From Octopus vulgaris (lineage: Eukaryota), in the NCBI GenBank assembly GCA_951406725.2, contig OX597819.1, positions 36,766,001 to 36,830,000 on the forward strand: a stretch of 64,000 nucleotides of DNA, read 5' to 3'. The number at the start of each line of letters is the position of its first letter. Positions within the stretch are counted from its first letter, which is position 1. Shown here piece after piece: positions 26,319-39,486 of this stretch. The notes below the pieces were generated by a model. That model saw only the letters and a program-made list of their open reading frames with translations, had not been told where the DNA came from and did not search any database. A program made the translations under genes and the position numbers.

Positions 26319-28811
26319 TTATGCATGTATATATGTCAGGTTGCTCTTGGGCGCTATTAGTAACATGTAATCCAGTACAACTTGTTGTTTGGTCGGGTCG
26401 TCGGTGACTAAACTAGCAACCCCATCAAGCTTGCTTGGACACCTTGCAGGACGAAACCTAAGACTTATCAAAACGCATAAGAGCTCATGAGCAGTCAACG
26501 ACCATCCAGTAATATCGGTATGCGTGTATATAAATACACGTGCGAGGACGTGGAAATACCTGGGTTGGTGTCCAGGCGCGTTGGCCCACTGGGAATAGGA
26601 GAGTTCTGTTGTAGTCACATCATCTCTCTAGGAGAGGAAAACTCTGGAAGAAAACCTGCGACACTGACAATATTCGATGATGTAGACTAGTTCTTTTCGA
26701 GCTTATGTTGTCCATGTTCAGAGAGTGGGATTGGATTTGCGAAAATCATTTCCCCACTATAAAAAATCCGCATGCACAGGCATTGCTTGAAAGAAAAATG
26801 ATACCTATCACAAAAATGCTGGTCGTAGCCTTCGCATTCGTGAGACTTTCGATCAGGCGATCACGAGTTTGTAGCCATCATGTATGTATGTATGTATATA
26901 CGTATGTATGTTTGTATGTTGGTTTACACATGCGTGCATACACACATGCATGTATACACGCAGATACACATACATGTATATATATATAAATATATATGTA
27001 CATATATATATATACAGAGAGGGGAATGGGGAGAGATAGATGCATTGCTCCTTTTAGAAAGTAATCTGTGTTCGGTATCTGATGGTGTAATTTAAAATGA
27101 GTTTGAAATGAGAATAACTGCTAAATTCGTATACATTATTTTTATCACACTATAGAGAATCCCTTTAAGGTTTTACTTTTGCATTCTTCTTTTTAAATAC
27201 TTTATACTGAGTATTTTATGCTACAATGTTAATGTCTGTTACACCATATGACAAATTAGGAAAAAATAGTGTAAATGTGTTAATGTAAACTAAGAATAAA
27301 AGAAATGCAGTTAAGGCAGTATTGAGCTGAAATAGTAAAATAACTTTTACATCTAGCAACTCCCAAGAAACAGTTGAAAAAGCAATAGAAATACCAACTC
27401 TTAAGAAATCTAAAACTCTCTTCAGTAACCTAAGACATTAAGAAGAAATCGAAGGCGATTAAATGATAACAGAAAACCTGAATACGTTCTGTTTCTCTGC
27501 TAGGAAACATAATACTAATACCTCCTTATTCGGAGAGAATTCGCAAATGTAGTGTCAAGAAAAATTGAAGAACCAGTAGAGGCAATCACTTGATATCTTC
27601 AATGAGTTTGTTGTCTTCTTTGAATTTCTTAAATTTTCCCCATTCTAGATATCTGTTAAAATGTTATATGTTAAAATATCTGAAATATCTTCATTTGTAT
27701 TAAATCTATGTTACCAACAGATGGAAGAACCATTGCTTACATCCTGTCTGCACAAATATTAAACACAACCACGGCGACGTTTTCAGGAAATTTAAATTGC
27801 ACTAAAATGTTAATGCTAGAAATGAAAACATCTGGCATGGTTGGTTTCTTTGGATATATCATCTTTATTGCGTTGATAGTTACAAGCCACCAGTACGCCA
27901 GTTACTTTTTACTAAGAAGCTATGTAAGACTATTTTTGGTAAACAGAACTCAAAACAATAATGTGGGATGTTCAATTGTCTAGAGCACCTCAATATTACC
28001 AATATTCATTCTCTTCAAACAAGAGTCGAATGCTTCACTTTTGTTATTAGGCTAACTTAGCATCAGCGCTATAACAGAGAAATCAGTATATTTCAAGTAC
28101 AATATATTCGCCTATCTTCCAAATCCTACCCACTGTACATAAATATCGTACTCCACAACTTGGAGACCTAATTGCACTGGCTTTTTCCAACCAATTCATA
28201 AAATGTTAACAGAAATAAAAGGACCTAATGCAATTTCAAACAAGTCTCAGAAGAGACCAACAACTTTTTGATGCTACCAGCCTCCGCCGAGTTGAATCAC
28301 CTGCATGAAATAGCAAATATATCCTCTTGAAGTTTCATCCGACTTAAAAAAAAAACGCGTTGAACAATGTAGTCTTAGATCACATTACCAAATGGTCGTA
28401 AGTGGAATACTTTTTATCATGGGTATCGAGGACTGGCCGGAGCTAAATAACAACAAAAACAATATTACAGATAAAAGTCATCTAGCTCATTGAGCCTACC
28501 ATAAATTTCAACAACAAAAACATTTAGTTGTTCCTTTTTTTCTGCCACCTCTCTCTTCCTCATTCTCTTCCTCTTTCTGTCTTTATACATATATATAAGT
28601 GGTATGTATTTTTTATATGCCATGGCTTTACGACTTCAAATGGACGTTTAAATCTATTGAGTAATTCAATAAATATATATTTAAATCTTACTGCTGCGAT
28701 ACTAGTGTTTCTATTATGGTTCAATCTGTTGGATAGAGATGAGCTCAGTGCAATGAGCTAGCATTTTGTTGAACTATATAGTGTTCCTGTCGCTACTACT
28801 ATTTATAGTAG

Positions 28812-29840
28812 TGACGGATATTTGTCCTCATCTTGTCTGTTGTTAACACAACACCCGTATACCGCAAGCTGACATTCACCGGACAATACCTCAACTTCAA
28901 CTCCCACCATCCATACAGTGTAAAGAGAGGGATTGCTCAGTGCCTAAAACATCGAGCAATGAATATAAGTAGCAATCGTGATACCCACCACGAAGAAATG
29001 ATCAAGCTCAGTAACAATCTATTAAGCAAAAACTATCCCAAAAGCATACTATCCACTCTAATTATGAAGAAAAGAGAGGATGAAACCGATAAACTGTCCA
29101 CAATCTGACTACCCTATGTGAAAAGACTCTCCGAAAAGATACAAAAGATATACAACCCATATGACATCAAGACAGTATTCAAAAGTTATACAACGCTTCG
29201 CAAATATCTCCTTCGAGTAAAACACCCAATAGAAGAGAATATGGCCAAGAACTACGTGTATTCCATCCCATGCAGCTGTAGTAAGTTATACAAAGGCGAA
29301 ACATGCGGCCCCCTCAAAATAAGGGTAGAGGAACATCACAGAGCTGTGACACGGGGGGATATTGATAAATTGGGTATAGATGATCATGTATGGAAAAATG
29401 GAGACCACCTCCCCCTGTGGGATGAAGTTAAAATAATAGGCAGAGTACACCAGTGGAAATAATGGAAACTAAAAGAAGCAGCACATATGCTAGGACACAA
29501 CAACCTCGTAAGCAGATCGAATGTAGATATGAACAGCATATGGGAACCGGTATTAAGGAAGGATAGGAGAATATTAGATTTATAAGCCCTAAAATTCACT
29601 CCATAATTGCCCACGAGCATATGGCATAGTGGTTAAGAGAGTGGGCTACTAGCCCCAAGATTCCGAGTTCGATTCCAGGTAGTGAATGGGAATCCAGGTT
29701 CAAAATTTCCCCCAAGACACCTGATGAAGGCTGGACGGTATATTAGCCAAAGAATTGTGTTAACAACAAACAAGATGAGGACAAATATCCGTCAGATATA
29801 AATAATGTACATGATTCCTCATCTCTTAGATATAGAACTC
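28812..29840 (+). mobile_element. 5'-truncated Penelope-like retroelement (RT thumb + GIY-YIG endonuclease + 3' pseudo-LTR) with an inverted 5' piece
   Basis: VYRKLTFTGQYLNFNSHHPYSVKRGI; YVYSIPCSCSKLYKGET..LKIRVEEH; stops present; 28812-28851 is the rc of 29755-29794. Confidence 0.92.
29716..29761 (+). ncRNA. Degenerate hammerhead ribozyme in the Penelope 3' region
   Basis: GACAC-CTGATGA-AGGCTG...TAGCC-AAAGAATT-GTGTT; stems I and II present, GAAAC box mutated. Confidence 0.6.
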
Positions 29841-29849
29841 TAAAATCCT

Positions 29850-30260
29850 TTCTGCTATAGGCACAAGGCCTGAAATTGTTTTGGAGGTGGGAGGGCTAGT
29901 CGATTACATCAACTCAGCGTTCCACTGGCACTTGATTTATCGTCTCCGAAAAGATGAAGGGCAAAGTCGACTGCGGCGAAATTTGTAGCAGTCCAGCGTA
30001 CCAACGATTCTGTCAGCTCGCCGCCCCAATTTGGTAACAAATATTTCATTTTTCTGGTTTTTCATTATTTATATCATTTATAGAAGAAAATGCTCAGCAG
30101 CATTCTTCCAGCTCTTCACATTCTGAGTTCAAATTCCGCCCAAGTCAACTGTGCCTTTCCTCCTTCTAGAGTTGCTAAAATAAAGTACTACTCAAGTATC
30201 GGGATCGTTGTAACCCTCTCTTTTAAATTACTGTTTTTGTGCCAATGTTAGAAAGAATTA
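29850..30260. mobile_element. Two divergently oriented Meta-like SINE copies (about 29850-30027 minus; 30100-30260 plus)
   Basis: Shared GTCGAC/TTTATCG/GAGTTCAAATTCCGCC motifs. Confidence 0.7.
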
Positions 30261-31994
30261 TTTATATCATTTGAGTATTTGTACGATATAATTTTACTCT
30301 TAGTTCATCTTTTACACGTGTCTGTATATGTTTCTTTGTTAAAATTTATAGGAGAAAACGTGTAATAAAAGAGAATAGAAAGAAATGAAGACGGAAGAGA
30401 AGGAAAGACGGAATGGGAAATGAAAAACGTGAGAGAAAAGCGAGAATTTTCCATTATGTTTCTGTAAGAAAATAGATATATCCATTTGTGTGCGTATACT
30501 ATTACATACTACATGCTATTAGTGCTTATGATTAAATATCCAAGAGTGTATATGCTTTAGATGTGAATGTACCTCTCGGCTTCAATGCAAAATTTCTCTG
30601 AATTGTATAATTGTATAGCGTTATTCGTATGCGTGATTTTGAGTGCATATTTGCACATGTGTGGAGGTAGTTATGTGAATAGCTGAATGCCGATGTGTAC
30701 ATATGTACCTGTCACATAGCAACACAATGTTTTATTTCCTCTGTTTATATCTTTGTAAGCATAATCTTTAGAACTTTATCTGATAGAGTGTGCAAACTGA
30801 GAATTTTTGATCCAACAGAGATCAACCAATAAGACATGTATTGCCTTAATAATTTTCTTTATCCTGTAATTACTGTATTGTGACCTGCAGCTGAATAAAT
30901 CATTTAAAATAATTCGATTAAGGGCGTAAATACGATTTTGTTTACCCCTTGATGGAAATGATTATATGAGTTGTAAAACACTTTGCTACAGATTGACATT
31001 CTCGTCCTTCGGCATTTTCTAATATCTTTCGCATCAAGTCGTCTAGATTTCTTTAACATCAAAGCTAATACCGAACTTTTCTCTTTACACTTCGATAAAA
31101 TTTGTTACCAAGTGCATTGACTTTCCTTCTAAAAGAATCTACTGATTTTTACATTCTGCAGTTCTTTAGTTTGTTCAGACCAATACGGTTAAGACCATTC
31201 TGGGGCTGTGTGTTATCTTCCTGTTGAATATTTCTTGAGGTTTGTGTAGTTTAACTAACTTAAAACTTAATTACAAAAATTTGTCGAAAATACTTTTTTT
31301 TTTTTAATTTACTTCTCCCAAACAAAATTTAATCAATTTCAAGTTTCTTCCGGCTGATTTTGTGTCTGAAGTGGAAGTAAATAACAGTAATATAACTTCT
31401 AACATAGGCGAAAGTCCAGAAATTTAGGTAAGAGAGGTGAGTTGGCTATATCGATCCCATATCATAAAGAAGCAGAATAATTTTATTTTGCGATCCACAA
31501 CCATTTAAGTTACTGCACTGAGGACTCAAATCTAGGATCTAATGATTATGAAGCGAACTTCTTAACTATTGCTTTTGACTCATTTTTTTTATTAAACAAA
31601 CTAGCAGTATCGCCCGGCGTTGCTCGGGTTTGTAAGGGAAATAACTATATAAGCATTTTTAGAGAGTTACTTCCCTTATAGATGCCAATTCGGGCTTTCT
31701 TAGCCATTTCTGTTTTGGTGTCTTCAAGCCATGAAGTCGTTGTTCTAAAAGAACGCTGGTCTCCTTGACAACGCTTTACGACGTTGATTTCTTTACACTC
31801 CCTTCTCCACAGCTTCACGAGGGAGGGAAGAAGGGGGAGAAGCAAACACAGGTGCAAGTGTTTGAGCGTGGACGCCAACTCCGCCGCCATCGACACACGA
31901 AAAATTATGCATTAAAATGGAATAAAAAATGATGTTAAATTATATTTAAAATCGTAGACTCATCGTAGACGCGCGCTAATACTCAGACGGGCTC

Positions 31995-34900
31995 TTTCGG
32001 CAACCCTTTGGTCTCTCTCGGCACCCCTCTTTGATCTCTGTCGGCACCTCTCTTTGATCTCTGTCGGAACCCCTTTGATCTCTGTCGGCACCACTCTTTG
32101 ATCTCTGTCGGCACCCCCTTTGATCTCTGTCGGCACCCCATTGATCTCTGTCGGCACCCACTTTGATCCTTGTCGGCACCCTTCTTTGATCTCTATCGGC
32201 ACCCCTCTTTGATCTCTTTCGGCACCCCTCTTTGATCTCTGTCGGCATCCCTTTGATTTCTGTCGGCACCCCCTTTGATCTCTGTGCATCCCTCTTTGAT
32301 CTCTGTCGACACCCCTCTTTGATCTCTGTCGGTATCCCTCTTTGATCTCTGTCGGTACCCCTCTTTGATCTCTGTCGGCACCCCATTTGATCTCTGTACA
32401 CCCCGTTTGATCTCTGTCGGCACCCGTCTTTGATCTCTGTCGGCACCCCTCTTTGATCTCTGTCGGCACCCCTTTTTGATCTCTGTCGGCACCCCTTTTG
32501 ATCTCTGTCGACACTCCCTTTGATCTCTGTGCATCACTCTTTGATCTCTGTCGGCACCCCCTTTGATCTATATGCATCCCTCTTTGATCTCTGTCGGCAC
32601 CCCTCTTTGATCTCTGTCGGCACCCCTCTTTGATCTCTGTCGGCACCCCTCTTTGATCTCTGTCGGTACCCCTCTTTGATCTCTGTCGGCACCCCTTTGA
32701 TCTCTGTACACCCCTTTGATCTCTGTCGGCACCCGTCTTTGATCTCTGTCGGCACCCTCTTTGATCTCTGTCAACACCCCTTTGATCTCTGTGCATCCCC
32801 TTTGATCTCTGTCGGCACCTCTCTTTGATCTCTGTCGGCACCAATCTTTGATCTCTGTCGGCACCCCTCTTTGATCTCTGTCGGCACCCTCTTTGATTCC
32901 TGTCGGCACCACTCTTTGATCTCTGTCGGCACCCCTCTTTGATCTCTGTCGGCACCCATTTGATCTCTGTCGGCACCCCTCTTTGATCGCTGTCGACACC
33001 CCTCTTTGATCTCTGTCGGCACCCCCTTTGATCTTTGTCAGCACCCCTCTTTGATCTCTGTCGGCACCCACTTTGATCTCTGCCGGCACCCTTTTTAACC
33101 TCAGTCGGAACCCCTCTTTGATCTCTGTCGGCACCCCTTTGATCTCTGTCGGCACCCCTCTTTGATCTCTGTTGGCACCCCCTTTCATCTCTGTCGGCAC
33201 CCCATTGATCTCTGTCGGCACACTCTTTGATCTCTGTCGGCACCCCTCTTTGATCTCTGTCGGCACCCCTCTTTGATCTCTTTCGGCACCCCTCTTTGAT
33301 CTCTGTCGGCACCCCTTTGATCTCTGTCGGCACCCCCTTTGATCTCTGTGCATCCCTCTTTGATCTCTGTCGGCACCCTCTTTGATCTATGTCGGCATCC
33401 CTCTTTGATCTCTGTCGGCACCCCTTTTTGATCTCTGTCGGCACACCTCTTTGATCTCTGTTGATACCCCTCTTTGATCTCTGACGGTACCCTCTTTGAT
33501 CTCTGTCGGCATCCCTCTTTGATCTCTGTCGGCACCCCTCTTTGATCTCTGTCGGCACCCCTTTGATCTCTGTCGGCACCCCTCTTTGATCTCTGTCGAC
33601 ACCCAATCTTTGATCTCTGTCGGCACCCCCTTTGATCTTTGTCAGCACCCCTCTTTGGTCTCTGTCGGCACCCCTCTTTGATCTCTGTCGGCACCCTTTT
33701 TGATCTCTGTCGGCACCCCTCCTTGATCTCTGTCGACACTCTCTTTGGTCTCTGTCGCCCCCCCCCTTGATCTCAGTCGGCACCCCTCTTTAATCTCTGT
33801 CGGCACCTCTCTTGGATATTTGTGCATCCCTCTTTGATCTCTGTCGGCACCCCTCTTTGATCTCTGTCAGCACCCCTCTTGGATCTCTGTCGGCACCCCC
33901 TTTGATCTCTTTCGGCTCCCCTCTTTGATCTCTGTTTGCACCCCACTTTGATATCTGTCGGCACCCCTCTTTGATCTCTTTTATATCTTTCGGCACCCTT
34001 TTTGATCTCTGGCGGCACCTCCTTTGATCTCTATCAGCACCCCTCTTTGATCTTTGTCGGCACCCACTTTGGTCTCTGTCGGCACCTCTCTTTGATCTCT
34101 GTCGGCACCCCTCTTTGATCTCTGTCGGCACCCCTCTTTGATCTCTGTCGGCACCCCCCTTTGATCTCTGTCGGCACCCCTCTTTGATCTCTGTCGGCAC
34201 CCTCTTTGATCTCTGTCGGCACCCCTCTTTGATCTCTGTCGATACCCCTCTTTGATCTCTTTCGGCACCCTCTTTGATCTCTGTCGGCACCCCTCTTTGA
34301 TCTCTGTCGGCACCCCTTTGATCTCTGTCGGCACCCCTTTTGATCTCTTTGCATCCCTCTTTGATCTCTGTCGGCACCCCTCTTTGATCTCTGTCGGCAC
34401 CCTCTTTGATCTCTGTCGGCACCCCTCTTTGATCTCTGTCGGCACCCCTCTTTGATCTCTGTCGGCACCCCCCTTTGATCTCTGTACACCCCCTTTGATC
34501 TCTGTCGGCACCCCTCTTTGATCTCTGTCGGCACCCTCTTTGATCTCTGTCGGCACCCCCTTTGATCTCTGTCAGCACCCCTTTGATCTCTGTGCATCCC
34601 CATTGATCTCTGTCGGCACCTCTCTTTGATCTCTGTCGGCACCCCCTTTGATCTCTGTCGGCACCCTCTTTGATCTATGTCGGCATCCCTCTTTGATCTC
34701 TGTCGGCACCCCTTTTGATCTCTGTCGGCACACCTCTTTGATCTCTTTTATATCTTTCGGCACCCTTTTTGATCTCTGTTGGCACCTCTCTTTGATTTCT
34801 GTCGGCACCCCCATTGATCTCTGTTGATACCCCTCTCTGATCTCTGTCGGTACCCTCTTTGATCTCTGTCGGCATCCCTCTTTGATCTCTGTCGGCACCC

Positions 34901-37256
34901 CTCTTTGATCTCTGTCGGCACCCCCTTTGATCTCTGTCGGCACCCTCTTTGATCTCTGTCGGCACCCTCTTTGATCTCTGTCGGCACCCCCTTTGATCTT
35001 TGTCAGCACCCCTCTTTGGTCTCTGTCGGCACCCCTCTTTGATCTCTGTCAGCACCCTTTTTGATCTCTGTCGGCACCCCTCTTTGATCTCTGTCGACAC
35101 TCTCTTTGGTCTCTGTCGGCCCCCCCTTGATCTCTGTCGGCACCCCTCTTTAATCTCTGTCGGCACCTCTCTTGGATATTTGTGCATCCCTCTTTGATCT
35201 CTGTCGGCACCCTCTTTGATCTCTGTCAGCACCCCTCTTGGATCTCTGTCGGCACCCCCTTTGATCTCTTTCGGTTCCCCTCTTTGATCTCTGTCGGCAC
35301 CCCTCTTTGATCTCTATCGGCACCCCCTTTGATCTCTGTCGGCACCCCTCTATGATCTCTGTCGGCACCTCTCTTTGATTTCTGTCGGCACCCCCATTGA
35401 TCTCTGTCGATACCCTCTTTGATCTCTGTCGGCACCCTCTTTTATCTCTGTCGATACCCCTCTTTGATCTCTTTCGGCACCCTCTTTGATCTCTGTCGGC
35501 ACCCCTCTTTGATCTCTGTCGGCACCCCTTTGATCTCTGTCGGCACCCCCTTTGATCTCTTTGCATCCCTCTTTGATCTCTGTCGGCACCCCTCTTTGAT
35601 CTCTGTCGGCACCCCTCTTGATCTCTGTCGGCACCCCTCTTTGATCTCTGTCGGTACCCTCTTTGATCTCTGTCGGCAACCCTTTGATCTCTGTACACCC
35701 CCTTTGATCTCTGTCGGCACCCTCTTTGATCTCTGTCGGCACCCTCTTTGATCTCTGTCGGCACCCCTTTGATCTCTGTCAGCACCCCTTTGATCTCTGT
35801 GTATCCCCATTGATCTCTGTCGGCACCTCTCTTTGATCTCTGTCGGCACCCCAATTGATCTCTGTCGGTACCCTCTTTGATCTATGTCGGCATCCCTCTT
35901 TGATCTCTGTCGGCACCCCTTTTTGATCTCTGTCGGCACCCCTCTTTGATCTCTTTTATATCTTTCGGCACCCTTTTTGATCTCTGTCGGCACCTCTCTT
36001 TGATTTCTGTCGGCACCCCCATTGATCTCTGTCGGTACCCCTCTTTGATCTCTGTCGGCACCTTCTTTTTTCTCTGTCGATACCCCCCTTTGATCTCTGT
36101 CGGCACCCTTTTTGATCTCTGTCGGCACCCCTCTTTGATCTCTGTCGGCACTCTCTTTGGTCTCTGTCGGCACCCCCTTTGATCTCTGTCGGCACCCCTC
36201 TTTGATCTCTGTCGGCACCCTCTTTGATCTCTGTCGGCACCCCATTGATCTCTGTCGATACCCTCTTTGATCTCTGTCGGCACCCTCTTTTATCTCTGTC
36301 GATACCCCTCTTTGATCTCTGTCGGCACCCTCTTTGATCTCTGTCGGCACCCCTCTTTGATCTCTGTCGGCACCCCCTTTGATCTCTGTCGGCACCCCCT
36401 TTGATCTCTGTCGGCATCCCTCTTTGATCTCTGTCGGCATCCCTCTTTGATCTCTGTCGGCACCCCTCTTTGATCTCTGTCGGCATCCCTCTTTGATCTC
36501 TGTCGGCACCCCTCTTTGATCTCTGTCGGCACCCCTCTTTGATCTCTGTCGGCACCCCCTTTGATCTCTGTACACCCCTTTGATCTCTGTCGGCACCCTC
36601 TTTGATCTCTGTCGGCACCCCTCTTTGATCTCTGTCGGCACCCCCTTTGATCTCTGTCAGCACCCCTTTGATCTCTGTGCATCCCCATTGATCTCTGTCG
36701 GCACCTCTCTTTGATCTCTGTCGGCACCCCTCTTTGATCTCTGTCGGCACCCCTCTTTGATCTCTGTCGGCACCCTCTTTGATCTCTGTCGGCACCCTCT
36801 TTGATCTCTGTCGGCACCCCTCTTTGATCTCTGTCGGCACCCTCTTTGATCTCTGTCGGCACCCTCTTTGATCTCTGTCGGCACCCCTTTGATCTCTGTC
36901 GGCACCCTCTTTGATCTCTGTCGACACCCCTCTTTGGTCTCTGTCGACACCCCCTTTGATCTTTGTCAGCACCCCTCTTTGATCTCTGTCGGCACCCACT
37001 TTGATCTCTGTCGGGACCTCCTTTGATCTCTGTCGGCACCCCTCTTTGATCTCTGTCGGCACCTCTTTGATCTCTGTCGGCACCCTCTTTGATCTCTGTC
37101 GGCACCCCCTTCGATCTCTGTCGGCACCCCCTTCGATCTCTGTCGACACCTTCTTTGATCTCTGTCGGCACCCCTCTTTGATCTCTGTCGGTACCCCTCT
37201 TTGATCTCTGTCGGCACCCCTCTTTGATCTCTGTCGGCACCCCTCTTTGATCTCTG
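31995..37256. repeat. Minisatellite array, roughly 230 units of 21-23 bp, consensus CTTTGATCTCTGTCGGCACCCCT
   Basis: Direct inspection; 23-bp period measured at 32585/32608; length variation lies mainly in the C run. Confidence 0.98.
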
Positions 37257-37417
37257 AGGCCTTGAATGGTGTAAAGCAATCTTGTTATCAGATCTGACGT
37301 TCATCAAAACATATATTAATGAAATATTGTAACCTAAGCAATGGGATACATTACCGTAAATACATTTATTTATGCACATACACACTGCGAAATTGGGAGA
37401 GAATATATATATATAAT

Positions 37418-37819
37418 GGCGCAGGAGTGGCTGTGTGGTAAGTAGCTTGCTAACCAACCACATGGTTCCGGGTTCAGTCCCACTGCGTGACATCTTGGGC
37501 AAGTGTCTTCTACTATAGCCCCGGATCGACCAATGACTTGTGAGTGGATTTGGTAGACGGAAATTGAAAGAAGCCTGTCGTATATATGTATGTGTATATA
37601 TGTATATGTGTGAGTTTGTGTGTCTGTGTTTGTCCCCCTAGCATTGCTTGACAACCGATGCTGGTGTGGTTACGTCCCCGTTACTTAGCGGTTCGGCAAA
37701 AGAGACCGATAGAATAAGTACTGGGCTTACAAAGAATAAGTCCTGGGGTCGATTTGCTCGACTAAAGGCGGTGCTCCAGCATGGCCGCAGTCAAATGACT
37801 GAAACAAGAAGAAGAAGAA
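37418..37819 (+). mobile_element. Full-length CORE-type SINE
   Basis: Nearly identical to 20761-21150. Confidence 0.92.
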
Positions 37820-38167
37820 TGTAAGCATTTTCAGAGAGTTATAGCCAAAAAATAGCAAAAAAATGCATTAAAATTGGAAAAAAAATTATCGTAAATTTTT
37901 TTTAAATCGTTGAATCATCGTAGACATTTTTAGAGAGTTACTTCCCTTATATAATAGCGAAAAAAATGCATTAAAATGGAAAAACATGATGGCAATTTTT
38001 TTCTAAATCGTAGACTCATCGTAGACGCGCGCTAATACCCGGAAGGGCTCGATATGAATCACGACTATAAGATACCCGCTTTTGGTTACACTGCACCGCA
38101 AAATGTGGGAGTAGTTAGGAATCTAAATCGTAGGAGACAGACACACAACTTCACTTTTATATATAAA

Positions 38168-38548
38168 CTAGCAGTATCGTCCGGCGTTGCTCAGGTTTGT
38201 AAGGGAAATAACTATAAAGCATTTTTAGAGAGTTATAGCCAAAAAATAACAAAAAATGGAAAAAAATGAAGGTAATTTTTTTTTTTCGTTAAAAAAGGTG
38301 GAGTTGCGTCCCCTAGACAGTTTGCGGTTTGTGTTTCTGATTCTCGACCCCATGTCGAATTTATCGATTTTTTTCAGAACTGGGGGAACTTTTCAAAATT
38401 TTCGCTGCGTTAGTTTTGAATTATGACATTGGGCTATGTGTGTGTCAAGTTTCATCAGAATCGGTCGAAAGCCGTGGTCAGGGTGAGGGTACAAGCAAAC
38501 AGACACACAGAAACACGCACAGACAAACTGCCGTTTATATAGAGAGAG

Positions 38549-38549
<1 letters not shown>
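38168..38549 (-). mobile_element. Short non-autonomous Helitron, head-to-tail with the previous one
   Basis: Same 3' hairpin + CTAG end as at 31601; 5' end A|TCTCTCTCTATATAAACGGCAGTTTGTCTGT with CCGATTCTGATGAAACTTGACACAC motif. Confidence 0.8.
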
Positions 38550-38608
<59 letters not shown>

Positions 38609-39486
38609 TGGAGGGGAGAGTTCGTGAAGGGCAACTACAATTTAAGTAACACACTCTCCCTCTCTCATATTTCCTCTCTCTTTCTCTCAATCTCTCTCTC
38701 CCTTTCTCTATCTCTCTCTCTTCTCTCTCTTCTCTTTTTCTTTCTCTCTCTTTTTCTCTCTCTCTCTCTTTTCAACTTTGATAAAGTACAAAAGGGCAAA
38801 CTGTTGAATACTTAAATTCTCATATCAGTTGAAATCATAATTTCCACAAATTCTCTTATAATTACAGCTGACGACACATCCTCATCGTAACCTGTTTCCT
38901 TAGATTCTGAAAAATTCTTTTAGTTGAATAGAGCAAAGAAATTGGCTCTGGACCAAAACTAAGAGTAATCAAATATAAAGAGATTTAGGTGATCGTAGAA
39001 CAGAGGTAACTTTTTTTTTTACTAGACGTATGTAAGATCCGATGACGAATTCCTGTTGTAATCCTTTAACTTCAATTTACCATTAAATATAATAAAATGA
39101 AAACTTTATACAATGTTCCTCTCTTTCCAACACATTTGAAGTTGTGTGCCAAATAAAAGTAAGTTATTATTATTACCGATTATTTGACAGTGAGCAGGTG
39201 TGGTCGTACTTCGTCCACAAACGCGCTTTTCCACAGTTGAAAGTGTTGTTGAGCATCATTATATATTCCGAAAGTCAGCGCCATCCCGCCGAATCTTCTC
39301 AATTTTACATCAATGATAGTTCGAAGAACCTCCTGATCATGGTCCGCAAAACATATATTCAGGACCAGCTCTCCGCAGAGTTTGATGGTTGAGTGGAAAT
39401 TTTCTGAAGTTAATATCGTCATCTACATTGAAATTCACTGCCACGCTATTGCTGTCTTCGATTATATTGGAAAGAGGCCTGGAGTC

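Larger units (their letters stand above)
31601..38166 (-). mobile_element. Non-autonomous Helitron-bounded interval containing the tandem array and a SINE
   Basis: Minus-strand 3' end: hairpin CCCGAGCAACGCCGGG, then CTAG|T at 31601; 5' end TTATATATAAAAGTGAAGTTGTGTGTCTGTC at 38166; internal segment 31900-31994 repeated at 37960-38050. Confidence 0.75.

Noticed and set aside
29615-29685. Functional tRNA gene
   Set aside because: A and B boxes are present but there is no acceptor stem; treated as a tRNA-derived head
31995-37256. CRISPR-like array
   Set aside because: Units are contiguous with no unique spacers, there are no cas genes, and the context is eukaryotic
31960-37502. Long minus-strand ORFs (up to 607 aa; GVPTEIKE/GCRQRSK/GADRDQR repeats)
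   Set aside because: The unit lacks stop codons on that strand in all frames, and 21-23 bp units shift frame constantly, so there is no sign of coding constraint
39180-39480. 80-aa minus-strand ORF containing NICFAD, reminiscent of the RTE-type NLRFADD motif
   Set aside because: Too degenerate to call; possibly an old RT relic but not supportable by eye
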